Source: Mobula birostris
Lineage: Eukaryota
NCBI RefSeq assembly: GCF_030028105.1
Contig: NC_092372.1
Span: 49,914,034-49,978,033, forward strand
DNA length: 64,000 nucleotides
Direction: 5' to 3'
How positions within the stretch are numbered: position 1 is the stretch's first letter; each line of letters begins with the position of its first letter. A program made the translations under genes and the position numbers. Shown here piece after piece: positions 39,761-51,969 of the stretch. Below the pieces are notes generated by a model. The model was not told the origin of the DNA. It saw nothing but the letters and a program-made list of their open reading frames with translations, and ran no database searches.

Positions 39761-41157
39761 TATTGATACACCAGAGAAAGCATTCTATTTGAATGTTGTC
39801 ATGACCTCTGTGGGCCAGTGCACCCATATTTATTAAATGTTGTCTTACCTGGAGTTGTTAAGCCCTTGTGCTTTCTATTTAACCTTGTCAAGGTTATTTT
39901 GACTCTCACGGGATTTCTGCGTACTGTGATTGTTTAAAGTGGGCTCCCAAATAGAACTTATCGCGGGGGCCTTGTGGTTCAAGAATGATTTGTCTCGCTG
40001 TGTCGCTTGGCTGAGCCACTGATGCTCTGTTGGAATGACTGTGAATAAACTCTTGTTTCTGTCTCTACATGGGAGTCTGTCCTTCCTCTGTATCTGGGTT
40101 CAGTCATTTGTCAGCTCTCACCATGACAGAATGTATAACAGCTCAGTCCAGCAACTGCTCTGCGCGTAACCGCGATAAACTGTAGAAAGTTGAAGTCGCA
40201 GATCAGTTTAAGATTTTTAAATAAAGTTTTTTTGGGTTCATTGGGATGGTTTTGGGGATAATGATGTGAGTTAGGCTTTAGGGACAGGGATGTGGGGGAA
40301 TTAGAGGAGCTAGAATTTAGGCTGGAGTCTTAAGTCTTCACTTTGCGTTTAAAGGCCAGCGACACTGTTGTGGGACATCTGCTGACTGGGTCAAGGTGTC
40401 TGGTCGGATATCAGGCCGGCAGACCGGTGTGGACCAGGGCTGTTAGCCCCACCTCCCACTCCCCCCCCCACCCGACCCCACGTTAGTGTCTGGTCAATGG
40501 GTTCTGGAGTCAGAGTTCATGCAGGCAGAGGGAGTGAGTTCTGATAACCCTGAGTTCCCAAATTGGCGAACTTGTGTTCTGGGTCCCATCGTCAGTGAGT
40601 CTGGATTTTAAGACATTGTTCATTGATCCGTGTGTCTTGGGATGCCAAGGGTTGAACTGGGAGCCCGGAAGTTGAGGCCTGTTGGCCGGAGCCAAGTCTG
40701 CAAACCTCTGCGAGTCCACTGGGGAAGCCAAAACCTGAATCTACTGAAAGCTGGAGGCCTGTCCTGGGGTGCAAGGACTTGGTGATTGTGTGTCTGGGAG
40801 GGAAGAATGGGCCTTGTTTTTCTGTTGTTATTTTGTTGTGTATTGCTTTGTTGTGTTCTGTGTTGTTCTGCTGAGCATTGTGGGTATGCTATGTTGGTGC
40901 CAGAATATGTGGCAACACTTGCAGCCTGCCCCCAGCACACCCTTGGCTGTGTTGGTTGTTAATGCAAACAACGCATTTCACAGTATGTTTTGATGTAAGC
41001 TTAATAAATAAACTTGACTCTTGACAGTTGTGGGCACAGCACAACACATCATAGAAATCTGCCCTCCCACAATGGACTCCTTCTGCACATCTCAGTACCT
41101 CAGTAAAGCAGCCATTACAATTAAGAATCTCACCCACCCCGGACAGTCCCTCGATGT

Positions 41158-41855
41158 CAATGTTCCTTCTAATTTGTAATGACCAACGTGCACAAAAATC
41201 TTGTGCTGTGCAACTTTTTGCCCAGTGACAACAACATGTGCGCACTGAATTTTATATATAGAGGTATTCATTTCAACAACGAAAAAAACACCATCAATAA
41301 GAACTTTGATTTCATCTGGGTTTGATCATTTTCACTCTCATTCATCTGCACTCTCACAAAACATATGTTGCAGCATGTAGCGATGCAAATTCTTCAGCAA
41401 TTTTTGCATCATGACAATACGTGCAGGTAACACCAGTTTCTGTATTGTACATAAATATTTCTCATAACTGCACATTCCTGACCTCATGAGCTTCTGGTGT
41501 AGCAGTTCCTACTGTTTCATTAACCATTCCATTTTGAATGAACTTGCAGTTCTTTTGCACTTCACACTCTTTGCTTCTTTGGAATTCGACATAGTGAATC
41601 AATAATTTCTTCAATAAATACACTATAAATAAACCAGTTCTAAAATCTACAGACCAATCATTGCAAAATCCACATTGTCAACACCATCTACACCAGAAAC
41701 TGGAAAAAATGTGATTGTGAATGATTGTGAAAATATACTTAACATGCCAATGAGGTAGAAGGTAACAACATTTAGCACACAGTTTAAATTCCTTGGTGCA
41801 CTAGTAGCAAAAGATGTGTGTGTGCACACATGCACACATCTTAGAGGGAATATTT
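41158..41855 (-). mobile_element. hAT-like DNA transposon remnant
   Basis: TIRs CAATGTTCCTTCTAA / TTAGAGGGAATATTT; minus strand reads SFKMEWL...YNTETGVTCTYCH, a zinc-finger-like transposase N-terminus; interrupts a LINE 3' remnant. Confidence 0.55.
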
Positions 41856-43927
41856 CTCATCTTCCCTCTTCCATTGGGACTGAAAGCACATACCACCAGC
41901 CTCTACCCTGCTGTTATAAGACTATTAATTGATTACATAGCACAATACGATGGATTCTTGACCTCACAAATCTATCTCGTTATGATCTGCACCTTATTTT
42001 CTACCTGCACTATGCTTTCTCTGCAGCTGTTACACTTTATTCTGCATTGTTTACTGCTTTATGTTGCTCTACCTCAATGCATTGTGTAATGATTTCATCT
42101 GTATGCCAGTATACAAGACAAACTTTCTATTGTCTCTCAGTTCGTTTGTTATGTGCCATGTTGTATGATGTAGGTGATCATGCTCTTTCCATGACCATGA
42201 TTGGTTGTTGGTAAATTTTTCTACAGAAGGGTTTTGCCATTGCATTCTGAATCCACCAAACTAATATCAACTTTCCCTCTCAGGTACCTCTGTTCGGTGC
42301 CTTGCCATTCACTGTATAGGTTTGAATGTCCAAAATTTTTCACCTCATACTTAAGTAAATTAAAATCCATTTGCCATTTTTTAGCCTATCTCCCCATGTA
42401 ATCACACTTTCTACTGCAGCAAGTAAGTTTTTCATTGCACCTGTGCATTTCATGCCAGAGAGTGGCAATTCATCGCAACCAGATCTCTACAGATTCATCC
42501 ATTACTTATATTATAATTGTTCCACTTTGTAAAATCTAAATTTTGTGTTTCTGCTTGTACTTTATTCTGTTGTTGTTTTACCTTGGACTACCTCAATGCA
42601 TTGTGTGATGATTATATCTGAGAATAGTAAACAAGACACACTTTCTTTACCTGATACATGTGACAATAATATACCAATTCAAAGATCTCATTGCAATTCA
42701 TTGTAAAATGCTTCACTGTTAACAAGACCCTCATAACTTATTATCATCAGCAAACTTACTAATTGTGCTGTGTACATTCACATCAAAATCACTTACCTGA
42801 ATAATGAGTAACAACAATAAATAATGAATAACAACACTGACCGCTGGGGCACCCCCAAAAGTCACAGGCCTCCAGTGAGAGAATCAATTGTCAACCATCA
42901 CCTTCCACGTCCTATCATTGATCCCATTCTAAATCCACCTCACTAGCTCCCCCTGAATCTCATGTGACCCAATCTTCTAGATCAGCCTGCCATGTGAAAC
43001 CTTGTCAGAGGCCTGACCAAAGTCCATATAGTCAACATCCAATACTCTACATTCATCTATCCCCTTAGATACGCCTTTGAAAAACTCCAAAGTATTAATT
43101 AGATATGACCTCCCATGCACAAAACCTTTCTGACTATTCCTGATCAGGCATTGACTCTTCATGTTGTCAAAACCTCCCTCCTACTAACTGTTGGGATCCC
43201 TAGACCATGTCCACTCAAAGTGGAGAAGCAGCATTCAAGATTACACTGAGAATGTCTATGCATCCAGATTATCAGAAGTTCCATGATAATGCAGAATCAT
43301 ACACCAGCTCATAAATTGCCCTCTGCCCCATCAGTGCAAAGTCTTTCTGTCCCGCATTAGGATCATCATTCAATTCAACTGGCATGGAAGAAGTCATCCA
43401 CACGTACTCCCAGGGATTCAACTAAGAATAAATGCAAGTTTAGAAAAAGTATAATAAAATCTAAAAGGCATAAGAGACTGCAGACATTGGAAATCTGGAG
43501 CAACATACCATGACACTGACAGAACTCACTGGGTCAGGCAGCATCAGAGGAGAGAAATGGCCAGTCGACAGTTCAAGCCAAAAACTTTCATCTGGAGTAG
43601 AGAGATAGAGATGAGAATAGCCGGTATAAAAGATGGAACAAGAGCTGCTTGGCAGATTAGGGAGGGATGAGAATGGGAATAATTTCAGAAGCTGGAAGGT
43701 GATAGGTGGAAGTGATAAAGAGTCTAAAAACGTGGAATCTGATAGGCGATGATAGTAGATCATGGAATTAAGGGAGGTAGGTGGAGAGTGGAACCAATGG
43801 GAAGAGTGTGTGGGTGATGGGCAGGTTGGATCAAGAGGATAGATAGAGAAAAGAAAAATCGTTGTGGGGGAGGTGGGTTGGTTGTTTGAGAAATTGTTTG
43901 AAGTAGCTATAGGAGTCATTGGGTTTG

Positions 43928-45330
43928 CAGACATCCCACCCTGCAAAAACTCATTTCAGGGAGGTAGCATCCCCACCCCCCGCAACCCCATATCCACCCC
44001 CTCCCCCGGCCGACCTCCAAGGGTGTATGTAATACTTTGATTAGTGATTTTGTCGAATCTGTAAACCAAGTTGGGTATATGCAGAAAATGTGACATTAAA
44101 ATATGTACTTATATTATCATGTTTATTCTATTACAACTTTAAGCAAGTCTATGGGGAGTTTGGCCTCTTCACATAAGACATCAGTAGCGTAGCTCCTTAG
44201 CAGCCAGCCAGCCAGTTTAAATAACATTAGCTATGCTAATGAACGAATGACACCTGTTAAACTCACCTCAACATGTTTTTTACATTTTAACCCACCATGG
44301 ACAATAGAAAAGTCACTGTTGCAAACAGTGCAGCGAGCAACACTGTCATTATTTTTGAGGTTGACTGTAAAGCCCGACCACAGAGAAGACTGATAGGTCT
44401 ACTTAGCAGGGGTCCCCAACCTTTTTTGCACCGCGGACTGGCCGACCGGAGCGGGGGAGGTGTTAATCACGACCGGAATATAGGTGATAGGTCACTATAA
44501 GTCACTTATAAGTGGCTAATACACTCAATTTCGTTTCTAAAAGGGCTTATCTAACGAATTTAATATTAAACACACAGCGCATATTTTCCTCACATGTATA
44601 TAGTGGTAAGTCAATTATAAGTCAATAGCATCATAACATTTTAAGTAACATTTGGATATTAAACACACAGCACAGATTTTCCTCATATAAAATCATGGCA
44701 ACACACCAATATTGCTGAATCAGTAGGAGCCCTGGGCTTGTTTTCCTGCAATAAGGCAGTCCCATCGAGGGGTAATGGGAGACAGCGATACTCGAAGGGG
44801 GTTCCTTATGTCCAGTCTATTCCGCAATTTTGTTTTCATTGCATTCATTGCAGAAAACCCCGCTTCGCAGAGATACATTGGAAATGGAAGCAACGTTTTC
44901 AGTGCTTTCGTGGCTATCTCAGGATATTCAGCCTTGACTTTGATCCAGAATGCTGGCAGATATGTTATGTCAAGCATACTTTTCAGCCCACCATCATTTG
45001 CAAGATCGAGAAGTTGATCTTCTCACGCTGACATGGGATGACGCGTGCGTAATGACCTCGCGTGCGTTCAAGTTCAATAGTAGGCGTGACAGGGAATGAG
45101 GAAAGGTGCAGCTGACTCATATCGCCAAATCATATCTTTCCCTCGCGGCCCGGTGGTTGGGGACCACTCTTAGCATGAAGGGAGGGCAATCAGGATGCTC
45201 ACACTCCCTCTCCCTCTCTTTCTCAAAAAAAAATCGATTTCTGAGATATTGTATATAATTTCCGGGCGTCAGGGAGCTGCTATCAATATGCGGGAGATTC
45301 CCGGAACTTCCAGGAGAGGTGGGATCTCTG
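43928..45330. mobile_element. Non-autonomous DNA transposon with TIRs CAGACATCCCACC / GGTGGGATCTCTG
   Basis: 13-bp TIR with 1 mismatch; GGTTTG duplicated on both flanks; removing it restores the Penelope sequence. Confidence 0.7.
44407..45168 (-). mobile_element. hAT (Charlie/Buster-like) internally deleted element
   Basis: TIRs CAGGGGTCCCCAACC / GGTTGGGGACCACT; ORF 44720..44977 FWIKVKAEYPEIATKALKTLLPFP.YLCEAGFSAM..KTKLRNRL is a hAT dimerization domain. Confidence 0.88.
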
Positions 45331-45859
45331 GGTTTGTAGAAGTTGTTGATGGATAATGTCTCCTGAGATGGAGGTAGAGAGAGGTCAAGAAAGAGGAGAG
45401 AGGTGTAGGAAATCGACCTATGAATTTGAGAGCAAGGTGGAAGCTGGGATCGAAGTTGATGAGCGCCATGTTTGTGTTATGGCTATGATATTCCAGTACT
45501 CAAAGCTAATCTAAGCTCTGAGTTCATCTGCCTTAACAGTCAAGACCCTTAGCAATGTAACATATGTAACAGTAGAGTCGGAGGAGGTTTTGAAGATTAA
45601 TTGCTTCATTCAGCTTCCAAAAAGACAGGAACGGCTGGGGCAGAAGCAAATATTCTGGCTACACCTTTGGTTTGGAGAAAATGGGAGGAGGCAAAAGAGG
45701 AATTAAAACTCATACAATGTATTTGCAGAAAAAACTACTTATGAATACAGATAAAATCTTTAAAAAACATTCAATAAGATGTGATTGGGACATGGGGCTG
45801 CTGTTGAATTTCCCTCTAGTAGTCACAGTTTATCATTGTTTGTGTTTTGAAATCTGTTG

Positions 45860-46240
45860 TATCGCAGTTCCCTCTTTGTCCACTGTCGGGGCCCGTAAAG
45901 CAGTTCGCGCATGCGGGTTGGGAGCGGTGAAGATGGACGTGAATCAGCCGAAGCAGGAGCATCTGCTCGCCCTGAAAGGTAACGTGTGACGCCGGGGCTG
46001 TAGCGATGAAAATCAACGGCGGGAGCTTGGGGTCGGGGCGGGGTGTTCAAGCAGCGGCCAAGCGAAGCAGGCGAGCTTAGTACTGGTCATTCAGTAGCTC
46101 TGCGAACCAATCTTTACTGTGATTTTTGGCCCCATTAATCAGCCGGTGTTCGGGGTTGGGGTCTGTTTCCCTGGCCGATCTGGGGACAGGAGCACAACAA
46201 CCAGACGTGTTCGCAGGTAAGCCCCGCGCACAGTTCTCAT
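45860..46240 (+). promoter_or_regulatory. TRAPPC13/SHLD3 CpG-island promoter with NRF1-like CGCGCATGCG (45906-45915)
   Basis: CpG-rich stretch around exon 1; motif match by eye. Confidence 0.65.
45933..45978 (+). CDS. TRAPPC13: TRAPPC13 coding exon 1 (MDVNQPKQEHLLALK)
   Basis: AAGATGG start in a CpG-rich island, 46 nt, donor G|GTAACG; matches human MEVNPPKQEHLLALK. Confidence 0.95.
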
Positions 46241-48713
46241 GAATGGCTCAAGGCAGAAAATAGGTGGTTCAATGAATTTTCCTGCAAATGTTCAAGATCT
46301 TCGCAACTTCCGTTTAAATGCTGAGTTCCTGTCAGTTGTACTATGTATTAAATCTGAAATAAGATGCGTTAGCGACCTTTGCCCTTCAATTCGAATAAAA
46401 GTCCATTCAGTCCCACGGGCGTTTATTAACCTAATTCACGTGGATAGGGAAATCAGGTAACTTGTTTGGTAAGGGAAATTCACTCTGGCGAAGGATCCTG
46501 TCGGTAAACTTTGCTTCTACAGTTAGTTACAATTTTAACTGGGACTTGTAAAGTCCAGGCAACACCCTCGTAAATATTTTATGCACTTATTCTAATTTAA
46601 TAACATTTTTCCTATAATGGGGCTGTGATCTATGTGGTTGGACCAGGATGGGCTATTGTGATGTTCACTCCTACCAATCTGAAGCTCTCAACTCTGTCAA
46701 TCTTTGCACCATTGATGTAAATAGGAGCATGTGCACAGATGCTTTTCCTGAAGTCCATGACCATCTCCTTTGTTAATATTGAGGGAAAAATTGTTTTCTT
46801 GATACCATGTTATAAAGCTTTATTTACTACTTGCATTCCAATTCATTGTTATTTGAGATACAGCCCGCAACGTTGGTATCTGCAAATTTGTTTACTTGGA
46901 GTTAGTGCAGAAACTAGCCACACAGCCTTGTGTGTATAGGGAGTAAATTAAGAAGCTGAGGATGCAGTATTGTGGGGCACTAGTGTTGAAAAAAATCATA
47001 GCAGAGGTGTTGCAGCTTACCCTCAGTAATACCTTTGGAGGTATTAAACCCATTTTTCTAATATTCTTATATGTTTTAGCTGCATTCATTGATACATCAT
47101 TCAGAATTTATGGAACTTGAAGTTTATTATTCCTCAGAATGATTATGTACTAAGTCTCCCACTTCCTTGCTTCACTTGCAAAACACAATTCTTTTTCTTC
47201 CGAAATAAATTTGTCAACTTTTCTTTTGTTATTCTTGTTATCCACTACAAATTTCACTTTGCATAGTTCTTTTTGCAAGTGTTAATGAGTTTTTTATTCC
47301 ATTGATCTCACAGTGCCATGATTTTATAAATAGTCTTTAGTTTTCTTTCATATTTCACCCCCTTTTTTGGCTGTGGTTTTTAGTAAGCCCAAGCACCATT
47401 CCCCTTTTTGAAGTATTTAATCATCCTAAATTATTTTTGCAGCAGTCTATCTTTCATTTGCAGTTATAATTAGTCAGTTCGATGTCATGTTTGTTTTCTT
47501 ATGTTTGAAAATAGTTATAACCAATGCTTATAAAATCTTCGTTTTTTTCTCTCTTTAAACTCAAATTTACCATAAATTCTCTTATTGTGGGATTAGTAAC
47601 TTTTTTTACTCATTGCTAATAGAGCTTGGCCTCTCAGTTTTACAACATACTTCCCCAGAAATCAATCTTTAATCTATACAGGAAATTGAGTAAGTTTCTG
47701 ACTGTGCTACTATGACCCTCATTATGAAAAATAAAAGAACTTCTCTTTTACCCTATGCATCTCTAATCTTCAAATACTGTAGTACAGATTATCACGTCAT
47801 TACAGCCATTGGTTCTGTGGATGCTCCCAGTGCAATTTAACGTTTTTATTTCTAACCTTTAAAAGTTAATGCTGCTTTTCTCTTGTAAAATGTTTTCAAT
47901 AAGGCTATCCTTGTCCTCCCAGATTTCCTGTTCAAGTTCTTTGAAAGGCTGGAATATTTACTTCCTTAGCATGAATAGTTTTTAGCCATGACTCTTTGTT
48001 GGCTATATTTTGCACTGAGAGCCATGGTGAGAATTAGTAGAGGCTTGTGGATATGGAGATCTTTCCTGTTAGCGTCAGTTTTCTTTGCTCAATACAAGTG
48101 GCAACATTGAACCACTGATCTGCATCTACAAATAGCAGTATTTTTAAAATTAATGATAGCTTGATGCATAGTATATTGTACTAACATTTATTCATGACAA
48201 AATTTAAAGTATTTTAAACCAATGAATTACTTTAAAAATCTAGTCATGCTTGTTCTGCTGACAGTGCAGCAGTGGGATAATTGGGCAGTTGATCCTTTTC
48301 CCTTCTACCTGCCTACAAAAATATATTAAATAATATCGTACACAATCGGTGTCTGGTTACAAAGATCCAGAAGTCTAGAATTTGCATGCATTTAGAATGA
48401 GTTCATGATTGTGTGTGAACCAAAATGTGCCATTGTTTTTGAGGAATATTTTGAAATTTGCTGTTTTTAGTTTAAGCTTTGCTGACAAAATTCAAAGACA
48501 TTTATTTCTGCAGGGTAGCGCTTCCTGAAGGGGATTGACTGATGCATCTCAATTTTATACTTCTGCATGAAGCACTTTTATCTTCTAACCTGTGTAAAAT
48601 ATGTGAAGGAATTGTGCTGTGATTTAAAAGTTACGGAAATACAAGGAGAAAAATCTTCACGGGCCAAAAATTCAACATGGGAAACCTAGTTGGTACTCAG
48701 AGTCATCGTTAAT

Positions 48714-49448
48714 ATGGAGTTAGTAGTACATTATCGAACTAATCAAGACTGCTCAGAGCTGTCACAAATCGCAGAAAGATTGCTGGAAGACTTCCCTCAG
48801 AGATCACTACCAAGATTCACACCGTGGTTTCCAAACAATCTACAAAGTTTACCATTGAAGCCTCAAAAACGTCCACCAATTGTTTCAAAAGAAGAGACAA
48901 AGATAAATGATAAATATTTGGTTGAGAGAGAATTCAAAGCAAAAGCTCCAAATTATGATTGTATGGATAGTCTTCTAGAGTTTTCCACAAATTTGCAAAG
49001 GGAGACTCCTGTGATTGAGGTGGCTGCAGTGGAATTTTTTTCAGGAATTGGTTCACAATGTGGAATTACAACTAATGAATACAGGTCCTGGAGTATTGCA
49101 ACACACAGCAGACAATGGAGAAAGAATACTTCTACAATCAGTCAAAATTTTCAGATAATCAAGGAAAAGTACCAGTTGCACTCTTTTCAAAGGGTAAAAT
49201 GGGTTATTGATCAATCCAATTGTGGTTCCCAGAAACTACAAGAAGTCTGGGTAAAACTGGGCAGTGTTATTAAATATGGTCAGCTTCCTGGTTGCAATGC
49301 TAAAATACATGTACATCACGGTCAAATATGGATTTTCTGTGACCTTCTGTGCTGTGAATATGTTGGTAATCTGATTAAACAAGTATTAAATCTTACGGGA
49401 AAAATCAACTTACTTGTACGTGGACATGGTATTATTTATAAGTTATAG
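48714..49448 (+). CDS. SHLD3: Shieldin complex subunit 3, single coding exon nested in TRAPPC13 intron 1 (244 aa)
   Basis: Intact ORF with strong Kozak AATATGG; N-terminus MELVVHYR...EDFPQRSLPRFTPWFP...LPLKPQKRPP matches the human SHLD3 REV7-binding region (FIPWFP, PLRPKRSPP), followed by YDC..LLEF; position matches the known nesting in TRAPPC13. Confidence 0.93.
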   Translation: MELVVHYRTNQDCSELSQIAERLLEDFPQRSLPRFTPWFPNNLQSLPLKPQKRPPIVSKEETKINDKYLVEREFKAKAPNYDCMDSLLEFSTNLQRETPVIEVAAVEFFSGIGSQCGITTNEYRSWSIATHSRQWRKNTSTISQNFQIIKEKYQLHSFQRVKWVIDQSNCGSQKLQEVWVKLGSVIKYGQLPGCNAKIHVHHGQIWIFCDLLCCEYVGNLIKQVLNLTGKINLLVRGHGIIYKL

Positions 49449-51097
49449 TTAAATGTTATTTTAAAAACAAACTGCATTTGATATATATGAATTCCACGAT
49501 ACTGTCTGTGGGCTTTAAACCTAAACTTGCATATAATGCTGTAAATTTGTATGTAATACTGTAAATATGTATTTGCATGTAATGCTGATTAAATAATCAA
49601 ACTGTCTTAATTTTGGAGAGATCATTATTTTGGGTGCCAGGTGTTGCTCCTCTATCCTCAGAGAAAACAGTTGCTCAAATCTCATTCCAGCAGTAGTAAG
49701 GGAAATTTTATTGTGATTGGAGTGATTTTATCTTCAGAGATATTAAACTATTCAGTAAATGTAAAATATTCTGAGGCACTATAGAAAGACGAATAATAGA
49801 ATTTTGTTCAATACTATAGCAATATTGAATCCTCAAGCAATATCACCAAAACCAGATAACAGGTGATTAGCAAATTGCAATTTGGATTGTGCTGTGTGCG
49901 CATTGACCACTATTTCTTGTACCATAACAGTTTAAGATACTTAATTAGCTTTAAGTGGCCAAGGTTGTTCTGGCATGCCAAGAGTTATATAATTCTTTTT
50001 CTCTATTTATAAAGGGGGTCTTTTTCCTGTTTTGCAGAATTCTGTGAGGCTAGTTGATTTTAATTAGAATTAGCTATTTTATAAGACTTTAACATTTTTA
50101 GAAGAAAAGTGTGCTTATTAGTGTTTGTATTTTATGGATGTGTTTTATTGAGGCTCTGCATAAAGTTATATTGTCAGTATAATGCTGTGATTCTCAGGAA
50201 TGGAAGGTTAGATTTTGCTAGTGATTGTGAAGTTGGACATTTGAATTGATATGGTGGTTATAGTGCTACAGTTGGCTTCATCTTCAGAGCAGAACTGAGG
50301 AAGAAAAGGCAAAAGCTTTTGTCTTCTGATTATTATCTTCTGATCTTTGCTGGGAGAGTATTAGTTTGAGCACAAGATCAAGCTTGATTATAGTCAGTCT
50401 CCATAATTGATTTGATTGTTGATATTTGTGTATGCTCACTTTTGATCAGTTGGAAGTATTTGGATGACATAGCCTTGCTGATGCTGTGTTAACATTCCAG
50501 CATGAGAGAAAAGATGTGGCACAGTGGAAGTAAAAGATGTTGCAAACAATCTGAATAAGTGTATATTGTCTTCACCTCTTCAATAGAAAATATTCCAATT
50601 GTGATGCTGACATTACAATCAGGAGCTACACCAGTGAGGATTCTACTTTATATAGTATTAAGAAATTACAAAAATGGGATTGAAGAAGAACAATTTTGAT
50701 CAGAAAATAGCAATTATTTAACAGATTATCTTAACTCTGTCCTTCGTGGACCAGGCTATAATCTAATGGAATCTGTGGCTATTATTAGCTAAAAATTGCC
50801 CTATCAACTTGGCAAGTTTAATATGAATCTCAGATAGCCAAAGAAACAGTTTGTCCTTATGATAGAAGCTAATTCTGGTGCTATGTCTTAATGAAAAATG
50901 TGTTAGCACAGTAATGTATTTCATTTTTAGTACAATATTTTCAGTTGAGAAGGGAGGGGCATAATTGTTGGAAGTGAGTCGAGACTGCAAAACTGAATAA
51001 ACCCATCCAACTCTTCTGTCGCTAAGAAAATGACATGAACAAAAGCTTGGTACTTGCAAATACAATGAAAATAAATGTTCTTAAAAATATCTAGCAT

Positions 51098-51564
51098 TTG
51101 TCACTATTTTTCATACCAGTTTGATATTCATTTGTTAAATTTCAAATGTGTTTTCAATCTCTACATTTCTGGAATCTACTGTATAATGTTACTTTTAATC
51201 TATGGATGCTATTTTTAAATTTATAAATGCTTTATAGTATATGATTTACAATTTCTGTGTCAGTGGACAATTAACCAACTTGCCCAAAAGTCAATGAGCC
51301 ATCACAATTTTGAGCAACACACATCAAAGTTGTCACTATTTTTCATACCAGTTTGATATTCATTTGTTAAATTTCAAATGTGTTTTCAATCTCCATATTT
51401 CTGGAATCTACTGTATAATGTTACTTTTAATCTATGGATGCTATTTTTAAATTTATAAATGCTTTATAGTATATGATTTACAATTTCTGTGTCAGTGGAC
51501 AATTAACCAACTTGCCCAAAAGTCAATGAGCCGTCACAATTTTGAGCAACACACATCAAAGTTG
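51098..51564. repeat. Direct tandem duplication, period ~232 bp
   Basis: TTGTCACTATTTTTCATACC... starts at 51098 and 51330; copies differ at only a few positions. Confidence 0.93.
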
Positions 51565-51690
51565 CTGGTGAACGCAGCAGGCCAGGCAGCATCTCTAAGA
51601 AGAGGTACATCTGATGTTTCAGGCTGAGACCCTTTGTCTTGATGTGTGTTGCTTGAATTTCCAGCATCTGCAGAATTCCTGTTGTTTGCA
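51547..51690. mobile_element. Second fold-back mini-insertion of the Penelope pLTR
   Basis: Inverted pLTR starting GCAACACACATC, then a forward end plus tail; flanking 13-bp duplication TCACAATTTTGAG (51534-51546, 51691-51703). Confidence 0.85.
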
Positions 51691-51969
51691 TCACAATTTT
51701 GAGTCCACTTTGCATCCTTAGGCTAAATGAGAGTATTTTTTATTAGGATTATGTATTAGGACTAAAAGAAGTTGCATTTTGAGTATTTGCACACAGCAAA
51801 ATATCAGGCCTTATGCATTTGTATATGGGAAAATTATTTGTTCTTTTTCAGAGTTGAATCATGTATAAAAATGACCATGGAGAAGGACAATGAAACTTTG
51901 TCCTTTTCATCTAGGAACACATTGGTGTATCCTGCTGTTTTTAAAAAAAAAAAAAAAAAATGTTTTATT

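Larger units (their letters stand above)
43470..45470 (-). mobile_element. Degraded Penelope-like element (RT C-terminal fragment plus pLTR), interrupted by nested DNA transposons
   Basis: 45331-45470 reads LINF..SFH.ALKF and then FYKP across frameshifts, continuing KPNDSYSY left of 43928; pLTR end at 43470-43600. Confidence 0.65.

Noticed and set aside
48690-48713. N-terminal extension of SHLD3 in the ORF track
   Set aside because: TTG start called by the ORF finder; the first ATG (48714) aligns with the SHLD3 N-terminus
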